IMG/VR virus record: IMGVR_UViG_3300005099_000009
Span: 1 to 61,313 of that record
DNA from: a virus
Lineage: Duplodnaviria; Caudoviricetes
Direction: 5' to 3' (one strand)
Length of the DNA: 61,313 nucleotides
Shown here piece by piece: positions 1 to 9,745 of the stretch. Position 1 is the first letter of the stretch. Each line of letters begins with the position of its first letter. The position numbers and the translations under genes are program-made. Below the pieces are notes generated by a model that made no database searches, was not told the DNA's origin, and worked only from the letters and a program-made list of their open reading frames with translations.

Positions 1-2
1 CG

Positions 3-167
3 GCGGGCTGGGCCACGGCCGCCGGGCCCGGCTGGGCAGCGAGGCCCGTCGTGCAGGAGATACACTACCATTACCACGAGGCCCCCGGCGTCACGCCGGA
101 GGCGAGGGCCAGCCTGCGGCAGGACTTCGAGGCCATGGAGCTTTACGCCAGGTTGCGCTACAGGTAG
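3..167 (+). CDS. C-terminal end of tape measure protein (partial)
   Basis: Open frame 3-167 (AGWATAAGPG...ELYARLRYR*) directly upstream of the Dit gene; the TMP N-terminus is at the other window end. Confidence 0.7.
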   Translation, partial: AGWATAAGPGWAARPVVQEIHYHYHEAPGVTPEARASLRQDFEAMELYARLRYR

Positions 168-172
168 GGAAG

Positions 173-976
173 ATGGACTTCTACTGGATCGACCCGGGCG
201 GCAACGTGACGCAGCTGGGCCAGACGTCCAGCACCAAGGTGAAGGAATGGAGCGGGCTGGGAATGGCCCCCTTGGAGCACTTCGTCCAAGGCTTGCCTTG
301 GGAGCACCGCCGCTACCACCGTGGGCTCAAGTTCAAGCCGCGCGTGGTGCAGCTCGCCGTCTGGGACTTTCGGGCTACGGCCAGCGAGCAGGACGCCCGC
401 CAGACGGCGCTGCTCGCGGCCCTCAACCCCGACAGGGGCGAGGGCACGCTCAAGATCGTCCTCGACGACGGCACGATTCGCTATTTGGACTGCTACGTTC
501 AAGAGGGCCCGGACTTCGCCAGTAGCGACAGGCCGCGCTGGGGCGGCTCGCAGTTCTACACCGTGCGCTTCGTGGCCCTCGATCCTTTCCTCTACGATCC
601 CGACCAGAAGAGCGCCAGCGCCAGCTTCAACGGCAGCACGGCGGTGACCTTCACCTGCGCGAACGGCGGGCATATTGATACCTACCCCATTATCACTCTC
701 AGCGGCCCGGTCACTAACCCTAAAGTCACGCTGGTCGCCACGGGCGAATATATCGAGCTCAGCTACGACTTGGCGTCGGGCGACACGATCACCATAGACT
801 GCGAGGCGGGGACGATCTACCTCAACGGCTCGACCGACCTCATTGACAAGCTCACAAAGCCCAGCACGTTCTTCTCCTTGCCGCGCGGCTCGCAGATCTT
901 GAAGCTCACGGCCTCGGCGGGCACCGGCTCGGCTACCGTGGCCTGGTACGATAAATTCTTGGGCTTAGGAGGGTAA
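173..976 (+). CDS. Distal tail protein (Dit / siphovirus tail family)
   Basis: Follows TMP; motifs F.ALDPFLYD, NGGHIDTYPIITLSGP.TNP, TIDCE, FFSL.RG typical of Dit. Confidence 0.8.
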   Translation: MDFYWIDPGGNVTQLGQTSSTKVKEWSGLGMAPLEHFVQGLPWEHRRYHRGLKFKPRVVQLAVWDFRATASEQDARQTALLAALNPDRGEGTLKIVLDDGTIRYLDCYVQEGPDFASSDRPRWGGSQFYTVRFVALDPFLYDPDQKSASASFNGSTAVTFTCANGGHIDTYPIITLSGPVTNPKVTLVATGEYIELSYDLASGDTITIDCEAGTIYLNGSTDLIDKLTKPSTFFSLPRGSQILKLTASAGTGSATVAWYDKFLGLGG

Positions 977-980
977 GGAA

Positions 981-1481
981 ATGCCAGCGACGGTGAAGAT
1001 TTACAGCTACCACGGCTCGACCCCTTCGGGGTCGGACGTGACGGACAGCACCATCCGCTTCAAGACGGCGGACAACGACGCGCAGGATACGTCCAACCCG
1101 ATTGTCATCCCCGATTCGGGCACCAACTACAGCTACATCAAGCAGCTTGCGCTCTACGCCGAGACCTCGCCGAGCGGCACGATAGACAATGTCAAGTTCT
1201 ACGGCCCCGGCAGCTTGGGCTGGACGGGCTGCGGCTGCTACGTGACCACGAGCTCGACCTACACCGACCCGACGACCCAGCAGGACACGGCCCTCTCGGG
1301 TTGGACGGACAACTTCGGCAGCTACACATCATCCAGCCCCCTGAGCGTGGCGGGCAGCATCAGCAACCCCGACACGGGCAGGGTCAGCGACTACGTCGTC
1401 CTGCAGCTCGGCGTGGAGAGCACGGCGGAACCCGGAGTGCAGTCGTCGGTGCAAATTACAATGCGCTACGACGAGACTTAG
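981..1481 (+). CDS. Putative minor tail structural protein
   Basis: S/T/G-rich 166 aa ORF in tail operon with SD-like GGAGG/AAGGA upstream. Confidence 0.6.
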   Translation: MPATVKIYSYHGSTPSGSDVTDSTIRFKTADNDAQDTSNPIVIPDSGTNYSYIKQLALYAETSPSGTIDNVKFYGPGSLGWTGCGCYVTTSSTYTDPTTQQDTALSGWTDNFGSYTSSSPLSVAGSISNPDTGRVSDYVVLQLGVESTAEPGVQSSVQITMRYDET

Positions 1482-1526
1482 GCATAGCGAGCCGAATGCC
1501 ATCGGCGGGAGGGAAGACGCAATACA

Positions 1527-1943
1527 ATGCGCGACTGGTACGACTGGGAGGCTTGGGGCGAGGGGGGCTACAGGCTTCCCCGCTTCGGGCCCGATGGGGA
1601 AGAAAACAGTACGGCGCACATTGACCGAGAGCGGGTGCGGGCGGTCGTGGTGAAGCGCCGTCCCGACGGGCGCGTGCTGTTCGTCCAGCATGTTGACCCG
1701 TCGAAGGGCGAGCGCCTGATCGCCTTCGCCCGCGTTTACGTTACTTGCGGGAAAGGCGAGTTCCGCGTGTTCGTCGTCGGCTGGCAGCGCACTGTCGGGG
1801 GCAGGAACGTGAAGGTGCTCAACTATATCCTGCCCGATGGCACAGTGCACTCGTCGAGCAATGATGATTTGCCAGCAATCAATTTGATTGGGTTGATGGC
1901 CGTAAATCGGCCGAAGGAGGATAAATTATGCCAAAGCGCTTGA
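1527..1943 (+). CDS. Hypothetical protein
   Basis: GGGAGGG upstream; tiles with neighbours. Confidence 0.55.
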   Translation: MRDWYDWEAWGEGGYRLPRFGPDGEENSTAHIDRERVRAVVVKRRPDGRVLFVQHVDPSKGERLIAFARVYVTCGKGEFRVFVVGWQRTVGGRNVKVLNYILPDGTVHSSSNDDLPAINLIGLMAVNRPKEDKLCQSA

Positions 1944-2416
1944 AGATCGTGAAGGTTCGCATTCGCCGAGGGGGTCCGAGCGAGGACATGATGGTGTATC
2001 CGTCTCGTTACGATGCGCAAGAAGTGGACCGCTGTGGCATCGGCCCGCTCAATCTCCAGAGAGGTGCTGGGGCCTACTCAGGCCACATCGGATTGGGTGG
2101 CGACGAAGAGTGGTGCCTCATTGCTTTGCCGCCCGATCTGGCCGCCGAGTACGCCAAAGATCCCGATATGGAGATCGTTACCGTAGACGAAGCCGATGCC
2201 CTCATGGAGGAGTGGCGGAAGTTTCGGGGCGAACCTGAGATTCTTATCAATGACCCGGACCGCCTGCGCCTGATTCACTTGAAGATAGCGAGGGGCCTCC
2301 AGCCCAGTCAGGAGGACCTGAAAGCGCTTGATCCCGACGACGACACGCCAGGCGTGGTGCGGCGGCTCTGGTCTCTGCGCAGGCTGGCCCAAAAGGCGGG
2401 GATTCAATTTGAGTAG
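1928..2416 (+). CDS. Hypothetical protein
   Basis: AAGGAGG SD; overlaps neighbours. Confidence 0.6.
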   Translation: MPKRLKIVKVRIRRGGPSEDMMVYPSRYDAQEVDRCGIGPLNLQRGAGAYSGHIGLGGDEEWCLIALPPDLAAEYAKDPDMEIVTVDEADALMEEWRKFRGEPEILINDPDRLRLIHLKIARGLQPSQEDLKALDPDDDTPGVVRRLWSLRRLAQKAGIQFE

Positions 2417-2996
2417 AGTCTGTATTTCTATAGCTACAAAAGGTTACATCCGGGCCGAGACGGTGGAGTGGCTACTGGCCGAGTTCGTGCGGCTGGCCCC
2501 GAACGTTGAGGTGCACATCGTTTGCACCCGCAAGCCGCTCATGCATGCTCGCAACGAGCAGGTGTGGCGCTTCTTGGCCGGCCGTTGCACGCACCTATTC
2601 ATCTTGGACAGCGATTGCCTGCCGCAGCCCGACACCATTCGGCGCTTGCTGGCCTATGGCAAGCCGATCATCTCGGCGCCGCACTCTTGCCTGATTAACG
2701 GCGAGCGCGGCCTGATGGTGGTTGACCCGGCCCCTAACGGGAAGGGTTATGTGCAGCATTATCCCCTACGGGGGCTTCAAGGCCCGAATGTGCGGGTGGG
2801 TTGCGGTGGCCTACTCATTGCGAGAGAAGTTTTTGAGACGTTGGAGCCGCCATGGTTCAAGTTTGAGTACGATAGGCGAGGATGCTTGAAGAAAGGTGAG
2901 GATTTTCACTTCTGCGAGAAAGCTTTGGCTGCCGGCTATGAGATATGGGCGCAGTGCGACCTTTGGCAGAAACACTGGTGTGGGGAGTGGATATAG
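2409..2996 (+). CDS. GT-A fold (GT2-like) glycosyltransferase
   Basis: ARNE, FILDSD (DxD), GCGGLLIAREVF, PWF, GEDFHFC motifs; TTG start inferred. Confidence 0.8.
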   Translation: MSRVCISIATKGYIRAETVEWLLAEFVRLAPNVEVHIVCTRKPLMHARNEQVWRFLAGRCTHLFILDSDCLPQPDTIRRLLAYGKPIISAPHSCLINGERGLMVVDPAPNGKGYVQHYPLRGLQGPNVRVGCGGLLIAREVFETLEPPWFKFEYDRRGCLKKGEDFHFCEKALAAGYEIWAQCDLWQKHWCGEWI

Positions 2997-5900
2997 ATGG
3001 GCAATGTAATCAGTGCAGACTTTGATGCCGACAAGCATTACCGACACTCCGGATTTAGTTCGACAATCACGGATAGTTATACCTCGCCAGGGATTCAGCC
3101 TTGGGGTATCACTTGGGACGGCGACAATGTAATCAGCGCGGACCAAGATGCTGCTAAGCATTACAAGCACTCGGGATTCAGTTCTACAATTACTGCCAGC
3201 TATGCGTCCCCTGATATCGCTCCTAACGGTATCACTTGGGATGGCGACAATGTAATCAGCGCCGGCGGGGTCGCTTATAAGCATTACAAGCACTCTGGGT
3301 TCAGTGCGACGATCACCAATAGCTATTCAGCAACTAGATACGACACCGACGGCCTTACTTGGGATGGTAATAATGTAATCGGTACAAGCAGCGCTTATGA
3401 TAAACATTGCAAGCACTCGGGATTCAGCTCTACCATTACGGCCAGCTATTCGACGCCGGCGAAAGAGCCTCGGGGCGTCACTTGGGATGGCGACAATGTA
3501 ATCAGCGCGGACTTGGATGCCGATAAGCATTACAAGCACTCTGGGTTCAGTTCTACTATCACCGACAGCTACACCAGCCCGGGCAGCAGACCCATGGGCA
3601 TCACTTGGGATGAGCGGTATGCAAACGAGCCGCCCTCCTCACCCACCTCCCTCTTGTGCGAGGGGCAGATAAACCCCACAGGCGTAACAGACTTCACGCC
3701 CGAATTCAGCGCCATCTATAATGATCCCGACAGCGGTGATATTGCCACGCACGCCCAAATCCAAGTAGATGATGATTCGAGCTTTGCTAGCCCTATTTGG
3801 GATAGTGGCTGGCTTGATATCTCCGATGTCACCGAGGGCAGCCGTTGTGCTGACATCAGCTACGCGGGGCCCGCGCTCAGCCTCAACGCGCAGAAGTACT
3901 ATTGGCGCATCCGCTTTAAGGACGACGATGGGGCAGAAGGCAGTTGGAGCACCGAGGAAGCTTACTTCATCATGGCAGGGGAGCAGTCTTGCTCCTTGGA
4001 CGCGCTGCTTAAGGGCGTCTACGATAGGCAGGTCCAGCTGGATGCGCTGCTCAAGCTGACGAGCACGCGCCAAGCCCAAGTGGACGCCGGCCTCAAGGGC
4101 ACCTTAACAATTGAAACCAATCTGGACGCCAGCCTCAAGGGCACGCAGGTCCGGCAGGCCAGCTTGGACGTCGTGCTCAAGAAGCAGTACGAGCGCCAGG
4201 CCCAAGTTGACGCCGACCTCAAAGGCACGCTCGCGCGCCAAGCCCAAGTGGACGCCGATCTCAAGGGCACCCTAGCGGCCGGCGCCCTTCTCGACGCCCT
4301 CCTCAAGAAGCGCTATACGCGCCAAGCTGCCCTTGACGCCCAACTGGTCTGGCGGCTGACGGCCCAAGCCTCGCTGGACGCGCTTCTCCAAGCGACCTGC
4401 ACCAAATCGGCCAGCTTGGACGCGCTGCTCAAGACCGTCGTCGCGAAGTCTTGCGCGCTAGACGCGCTCCTCCAGTCGGCCCCGCCTGAGCTTACTTGGG
4501 TCAACGTCTACGACTCCGACGGCAACCTCAAGGCCCGCGTCCGGGAGTGGCAAAGCTTGACCTACACCGTCCGCTCCAACAAGCCTGGCACCTTGGAGCT
4601 TAAGTTACACAAGGATGCTCAAGGCTTCGATTACTTAATGGACGGCAACCAGGTGGAGGTCTGGCGCAACGGGGAGGCAGTCTGGGCGGGGATCATCGTC
4701 TCTGAGGAGTTCGGCTACGACGAGGCAGGCGCGCCCTCGGCCTACCGCGTCATCGGCGCCTACGACTTCAACATCCTGCCCTACAAGCGCATAGTCGAGC
4801 GCCCGGCGGGCCAAGACCTGCGCTCCCACACGGGCAAGGTGGACGACGTGATGCGGCAGTTCGTTCGCGACTGCTTGGAGCCGGGCACCGCTTCGGCCAG
4901 CCGGGCCGTGACGGGCTTCTCCGTGGAGGCCGACCAGAGCCTGCATCCCGACACCAAGACCTTGGCGGGCGGCCCGAAGGATACCCTAGGCGGCCTCCTG
5001 GAGAAGTGGGCCGACGCCTACAGCGTGGATTGGTGGATCGAGGCCAGCTTGGGCACCTCGCCCAGCTACACCTTCAGGTGCAAGTACCCCCAGCGCGGCA
5101 GCGACAGGACCGACAGCGTCGTCTTCACCATCAACCGCAAGAACGTCACCAAGCTGCGCCTCTGGTCGGACAGCGTGGACAAGGCCAACTACGTTTACGT
5201 CGGCGGGCCCGGCGAGGGCGCGGCCCAGACGGTGCAGGGCTACTACAGCGGGAGCAGCGAGCCGACGGGCCTCGACCGCTGGGAGGCCTTCGTGCCCGCG
5301 CCCGACGCCCAATACGCCGACCAGCTCGAGGTTTACGGCGAGGCGTGGCTAGACGCCTACGGCCAACCCGTGACGGGCGTGGAGTTCGAGCTCGCGCCGA
5401 GCGAGGCCGCCAGGTGGCACTCCGATTGGGACGTGGGCGACCTGGTGACGGTCTACGACCCCTGGAGCAATACGACCCGCGAGGCCAAGGTAGAGGAGGT
5501 CACCGTCGCCATCGGCGAAGACGGCGTGGAGCGGATAAGCGTGGTCGTGGGCGACCCCAGGCCCAGCAAGTGGGAGCTCCTGCAGAGCCGCGTCGGGCCT
5601 TACTCCAGCTTCAACGACCAAGCCCCGCCCGACACGCCGACTGGCCTCAGCTACTCGACCGGCACTTACCAAGACGACCAGGGCGTCTGGCACGCCAAAT
5701 TGGAGCTCGACTGGGACGACAACAGCGAGCTCGACTTGGCGGGCTACGTGGCGGAGATCAAGCGCAGCGGCGAGACCAAGTGGCAGGCTCAGCGGGTCAC
5801 CGAAAGCGGGGCCGTCTTCGAGGGCCTGGAGCTGGGCGGCAGCTACTACGCCCGCGTCAAGGCGATTGACCGGGCGGGCAATGAGAGCAGCTACGCCAAT

Positions 5901-6956
5901 TTCGCCGGGGGTTCAGCCATTCAGATGCCTACTGACACCTATGCCCCGGCAACGCCAACCGGCCTGACCGTTACCGCCGCCAAAAAAGCAATCGTTATCA
6001 CAGTCGACAAGAACACCGAAAAAGATTGGGCGGGCAATGAGTTTCATGTTAGCACAACCTCAGGCTTCACACCCAACTCTTCCACCCTTGTATATTCGGG
6101 CAAAGCAACCTCGTATACTTATAATTGTCCAACTTATGACACGTATTACGTGCGCGTGCGGGCTTATGATACGAGCGGCAACTTTAGCGATTACACGGAT
6201 GAGGCATCTGCTACCCCCGAACGGGTGGTCGGGATACAAGGCGACGTTGGCCCCAACACAATTCCTGACTCGGCTATCATCGAATGCGATTGGGCAAAGA
6301 TTACCAATGTGACGATTGTAGACGCCGACATTCAGAATTGCAGCGTGAATAAGCTTACAACGGGAGGCTTGTCGGCAGAAATTACGGTTCAATCAGGAGG
6401 CAAGATTCAAGTCGGTGGCACATTCGTAATTGATGATACGGCGATAAAGGTTTATGGAGAGGGTTCTCTACGATTCTACAGTTCGGACGGAGCAACTTAT
6501 CAGACGATTTATCATGACGGGGCGGAAATCCACGCCCAAGGGATGAGAGTTGACAGCACCATACAGGCCTATGGTGGCTTGGCAACCCACAGCACTGTGC
6601 GGCCCCAAACGGCAGACTCGGAGTATTGCGGGACAGATAGCCTATATTGGTATGTTGTGTCTTGCCATTACCTCCACGCAGATGGAATTGGAAGCCATCT
6701 GGACGGCGACGTGCTCTGTTACGATGACTTTCTTCCGAGCAGCGATAACGCGTATGATTGCGGGAACGCCTCCAGGCGCTGGGCGCTGGTTCGCGGCGTG
6801 ACGGTCACAAGCGGCGACCTTGGGTTTGAGGAGAAGGTATGCCCTATTTGCGGTCGTGCGTTCAAGGAGGGAGACGAACTAGTTCTCCGCGTCAAGAAGG
6901 TCTTAGATGACCAGATTCTTACGGTTCCGATGCATAAGAGCTGCAGGAGGAGTTGA
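2997..6956 (+). CDS. Multidomain tail-tip / receptor-binding protein (propeller repeats, Ig/FN3, 14-aa repeats, Gp37/Tal-like hub, FN3 pair)
   Basis: 1319 aa; YYWRIRFKD and YYARVKAID.AGN / YYVRVRAYD.SGN FN3 motifs; YVGGPGEG...WDVGDLVTV hub-like region; position after Dit. Confidence 0.75.
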   Translation: MGNVISADFDADKHYRHSGFSSTITDSYTSPGIQPWGITWDGDNVISADQDAAKHYKHSGFSSTITASYASPDIAPNGITWDGDNVISAGGVAYKHYKHSGFSATITNSYSATRYDTDGLTWDGNNVIGTSSAYDKHCKHSGFSSTITASYSTPAKEPRGVTWDGDNVISADLDADKHYKHSGFSSTITDSYTSPGSRPMGITWDERYANEPPSSPTSLLCEGQINPTGVTDFTPEFSAIYNDPDSGDIATHAQIQVDDDSSFASPIWDSGWLDISDVTEGSRCADISYAGPALSLNAQKYYWRIRFKDDDGAEGSWSTEEAYFIMAGEQSCSLDALLKGVYDRQVQLDALLKLTSTRQAQVDAGLKGTLTIETNLDASLKGTQVRQASLDVVLKKQYERQAQVDADLKGTLARQAQVDADLKGTLAAGALLDALLKKRYTRQAALDAQLVWRLTAQASLDALLQATCTKSASLDALLKTVVAKSCALDALLQSAPPELTWVNVYDSDGNLKARVREWQSLTYTVRSNKPGTLELKLHKDAQGFDYLMDGNQVEVWRNGEAVWAGIIVSEEFGYDEAGAPSAYRVIGAYDFNILPYKRIVERPAGQDLRSHTGKVDDVMRQFVRDCLEPGTASASRAVTGFSVEADQSLHPDTKTLAGGPKDTLGGLLEKWADAYSVDWWIEASLGTSPSYTFRCKYPQRGSDRTDSVVFTINRKNVTKLRLWSDSVDKANYVYVGGPGEGAAQTVQGYYSGSSEPTGLDRWEAFVPAPDAQYADQLEVYGEAWLDAYGQPVTGVEFELAPSEAARWHSDWDVGDLVTVYDPWSNTTREAKVEEVTVAIGEDGVERISVVVGDPRPSKWELLQSRVGPYSSFNDQAPPDTPTGLSYSTGTYQDDQGVWHAKLELDWDDNSELDLAGYVAEIKRSGETKWQAQRVTESGAVFEGLELGGSYYARVKAIDRAGNESSYANFAGGSAIQMPTDTYAPATPTGLTVTAAKKAIVITVDKNTEKDWAGNEFHVSTTSGFTPNSSTLVYSGKATSYTYNCPTYDTYYVRVRAYDTSGNFSDYTDEASATPERVVGIQGDVGPNTIPDSAIIECDWAKITNVTIVDADIQNCSVNKLTTGGLSAEITVQSGGKIQVGGTFVIDDTAIKVYGEGSLRFYSSDGATYQTIYHDGAEIHAQGMRVDSTIQAYGGLATHSTVRPQTADSEYCGTDSLYWYVVSCHYLHADGIGSHLDGDVLCYDDFLPSSDNAYDCGNASRRWALVRGVTVTSGDLGFEEKVCPICGRAFKEGDELVLRVKKVLDDQILTVPMHKSCRRS
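3000..3614 (+). repeat. Five tandem 123-bp (41-aa) coding repeats
   Basis: NVISAD.DA.KHYKHSGFSSTIT.SY.SP...P.GITWDG x5; AATGTAATC recurs at 3003, 3126 and onward every 123 bp. Confidence 0.95.
3990..4476 (+). repeat. About twelve 14-aa coding repeats ((L/V)DAxLK core)
   Basis: LDALLK, LDALLK, VDAGLK, LDASLK, LDVVLK, VDADLK x2, LDALLK, LDAQLV, LDALLQ, LDALLK, LDALLQ at 14-residue period. Confidence 0.9.
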
Positions 6957-7189
6957 AAATGCGGCAAATTACCATTGCCGACATCGAGCTCTTGAATATC
7001 TGCGTCAGAAAAGTTAAAGAGAGGATAGTTGTAGAGTGTTCCTATCGCTTCCTCGATGAAAAAGGGGCTCCGGTCCCCGTGTTCAACCGGCATCTCCAGT
7101 TGGAGCCGGAGGGCACAAGGCTTGCCCAAATAAAGAAGCTGCTTGAGCAAATCCATATGTGGGTAAAAGAGCGGGAGGAGTTGGCGTGA
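6953..7189 (+). CDS. Hypothetical protein
   Basis: GGAGGAG SD; overlaps tail gene stop. Confidence 0.55.
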   Translation: MKMRQITIADIELLNICVRKVKERIVVECSYRFLDEKGAPVPVFNRHLQLEPEGTRLAQIKKLLEQIHMWVKEREELA

Positions 7190-7368
7190 TGGCAACACGG
7201 CTGGTTTTGACGATTGTCTGGGAGCAAAATCGGGCGCCGGCGATTTCCATTGTGGAGCCCCAGAAAGCTCGGTTGGGCGACGTCTTGATGGCGCTGGCGG
7301 CAGCGCAAATGGCGTTGCTTTCGGGCTGGCAGCAATCGGATGAAGAGGGGGTTGAAAATGAAGGATAA
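7189..7368 (+). CDS. Hypothetical protein
   Basis: GGAGGAG SD, TGATG coupling. Confidence 0.45.
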   Translation: MATRLVLTIVWEQNRAPAISIVEPQKARLGDVLMALAAAQMALLSGWQQSDEEGVENEG

Positions 7369-7597
7369 AATCTCAGATGATCAGGCCATCGCATATTTCA
7401 GGAAGATGTGGGGCCTGGATTCTTGGGGCAGGCTGCGCCGCCTATTCAGGCCCTCGGGCTACCTGATTGTAGCTGGCAATCTTGCCAAGCCGCCCGAATG
7501 GTGGCTGAGGGAAATGGAGGCCCGGTCCGAAATCGGGCGCAAGCACTTGGAAGTGCTGAAGAGGTATCTACAGAAAAAGCGGGAGGGAGAGCAATGA
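7358..7597 (+). CDS. Hypothetical protein
   Basis: GAGGGGG SD; ATGA overlap with next gene. Confidence 0.5.
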   Translation: MKDKISDDQAIAYFRKMWGLDSWGRLRRLFRPSGYLIVAGNLAKPPEWWLREMEARSEIGRKHLEVLKRYLQKKREGEQ

Positions 7598-8523
7598 AGA
7601 TCGTGTGCTGTGAGCCGGATTTCGACGTAGCGACCCACTGGTGGTACTACTGGGTGCGGGAGCTTGTCGCCAAGCCTGCGCGGAGGGCGGGCTACGAGGT
7701 TGTTGAGCTGTATGCTGCACAAGACAATCCGAGCACTTTCAGGGCCGAGATGCAGGATGCAATTTGGTTGGCAGGCGTTGGACACGGCAATGCGGATCAG
7801 TTCACGGGGCAAAATACAATGGTGCTGTTGGATGTCGCCAACCCTGCCGATGGCACATTAATGAAGGGGCGATTTTACGCTCCTTGCTCTTGCTCCACGG
7901 GCAAGCGCCTAGCACCTTGGCTGGTTGAGGCGGGCGCGGTCGCGGCTTGGGGCTATGCAGATCTGTTTTGGTTCGTTGTCGATCGCAATAATTGGCCCGA
8001 CGGCCATTGTCATTACTTCGCCGAATCGCACCATGCGGTGGACCGGGCCATGCTAATCGAGGGAAAGACTGTTCGGGAAGCTTACGAGGCGGCTTACGAT
8101 GCCTTCAGCAAGGCGATGCAGGAAGCCCCTGAGCAGTGCCGTCCGTACCTCATGCACGACAGGGACAATCTCGGATGGTGGGGCGACCCCGACGCGACCA
8201 TCACGGAGCCGCCGGAGCCCCCGCCCTCGGATCTGCGCATCACTGCTTTCTACAAATTCCGCGATGAGACGGAATGGACGCCGATTGGCGAAATGGAGCC
8301 GGCGGGTTTTGAATATCAGCTTACCTGGGAAGTGCCTCGGGAAGGTATATGCCGATTGAGATATGTAGCCGAGGAGGCCAGCGAGAGGGCCGAGGCCGAG
8401 ACGGGTGATTTCACGATCAAGTTTCCGCCATCAGGGATCACAATTACACCCGTCTACCCTCAAGGTGGCGAAACTATCGAAAGCCGAGAGATTAGGCTGC
8501 GCGTCAAGGTGGAAAAAGATTAG
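7594..8523 (+). CDS. Putative clan CD (gingipain/caspase-fold) cysteine peptidase with Pro linker and C-terminal beta domain
   Basis: AGVGHG (His-Gly) followed by APCSCSTG and GAVAAWGY, the pattern of C25/CHAT-type peptidases. Confidence 0.55.
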   Translation: MKIVCCEPDFDVATHWWYYWVRELVAKPARRAGYEVVELYAAQDNPSTFRAEMQDAIWLAGVGHGNADQFTGQNTMVLLDVANPADGTLMKGRFYAPCSCSTGKRLAPWLVEAGAVAAWGYADLFWFVVDRNNWPDGHCHYFAESHHAVDRAMLIEGKTVREAYEAAYDAFSKAMQEAPEQCRPYLMHDRDNLGWWGDPDATITEPPEPPPSDLRITAFYKFRDETEWTPIGEMEPAGFEYQLTWEVPREGICRLRYVAEEASERAEAETGDFTIKFPPSGITITPVYPQGGETIESREIRLRVKVEKD

Positions 8524-8609
8524 CTGCTGGTACCAAGTCCAAATCATGAGCCGTTAAACTTGGCAGGCATGTTCAGCTTGAGGTGTCATAACTATTCTGT
8601 TGTGGACAA

Positions 8610-9662
8610 ATGGCTAGATCAAAGCTAGGAGTCCAAACCTTAGTGCCGGAGATCAAAGCTCTAAGGTGGGTGCAGGAGTACCGGCCTGGGCTGTTTAAGA
8701 TCGTCGTCTGCCGCCCCGAAGATTACGCGGCTTGGATGCGCGGAATCCCAGATGGCGTTATGCTAATAGCGCGCTACTACGGCGCGGGCGACGTTGATTA
8801 CTGGGAATGGACGGAGGCCAACGCCAACACGCTGGCCGATCTCATGGAGAGGGCCCACGAGGTGCTGCGCGGCCGCGTGGACGCCTGGGAGTGCGTGAAC
8901 GAGCCGGTGGTCAACTCCGTCCCCAGCATGAAGCGCTTGGCCGCTTTCGAACGCGCTTGGGCCGAGCGGATGCGGGCCCGCGGCCTTAAGACCATCGTGG
9001 GCAACTTCGCCGTGGGCAACCCGGAGCCGGAGCTTATGCCTTACTTCCGCCCGGCGCTGGAGGCGGCGGACTACTTTGGTTACCATGGCTACGGCGCGCC
9101 GCGCATCCTGAGCGGCGCGGAGTGGTACGCCCTCCGCTACCGCAGGCTGCTGGAGGCGGCGGGGCTGGAGAAGCCCGTCATCCTCACCGAGGCCGGGGTA
9201 GACGGCGGCGTTTTGGGCGGGAGGCTGCGGGGCTGGCGTACCTTCTGCACCGATGACGAGTACGTGGCCCAGCTCAAGGAGTTCGACCGCGTTCTGCAGG
9301 AAGACGAGCGCGTAGTCGGCGCGACCATCTTCTGTTACGGCAATTGGGACAGCCGCTGGCAGACCTTCGATCTCACTAGCCGGGCGGCCTTGCTCCTGGG
9401 GGAGTACGTCGCCTCGTCCAGCTGGGACGAGGCGGCCTGCGGCGAGTGGCTGCGCAATTTACTCTGGAACGAGCTGGGCGTGCCCTACAACCCCGACGCG
9501 GCCTTCCCAAGGGTCGCCCGCGAACACGGGCTGGGCCGCCCTGTCACGCCCGAAGGCCGGGCCGCCTGGAGGGGCGTGAGGGTGGCCTTCCAGGGCTTCG
9601 CCAACGGCTTCGTGTTCTGCAGGGAAGGCGATTGGGGCAACGTGAGGGTTTGGAAGTGGTGA
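8610..9662 (+). CDS. Clan GH-A-like TIM-barrel glycoside hydrolase, candidate endolysin
   Basis: WECVNEP (acid/base), FGYHGY, VILTEAG (nucleophile); short C-terminal binding-like domain; upstream of holin-like gene. Confidence 0.7.
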   Translation: MARSKLGVQTLVPEIKALRWVQEYRPGLFKIVVCRPEDYAAWMRGIPDGVMLIARYYGAGDVDYWEWTEANANTLADLMERAHEVLRGRVDAWECVNEPVVNSVPSMKRLAAFERAWAERMRARGLKTIVGNFAVGNPEPELMPYFRPALEAADYFGYHGYGAPRILSGAEWYALRYRRLLEAAGLEKPVILTEAGVDGGVLGGRLRGWRTFCTDDEYVAQLKEFDRVLQEDERVVGATIFCYGNWDSRWQTFDLTSRAALLLGEYVASSSWDEAACGEWLRNLLWNELGVPYNPDAAFPRVAREHGLGRPVTPEGRAAWRGVRVAFQGFANGFVFCREGDWGNVRVWKW

Positions 9663-9745
9663 AAACATCGCTAAAGAGCGGTAACCGGCCGCTCTCAACG
9701 GCGAGGGCTGGCATCGGCACCAGAGCGGATGGGGAGGTGAGGAAC

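Noticed and set aside
2997-3614. Possible CRISPR array or DGR template/variable repeats
   Set aside because: Repeats are in-frame 123-bp coding units with synonymous changes; no spacer structure, no adenine-only pattern noticed, no reverse transcriptase
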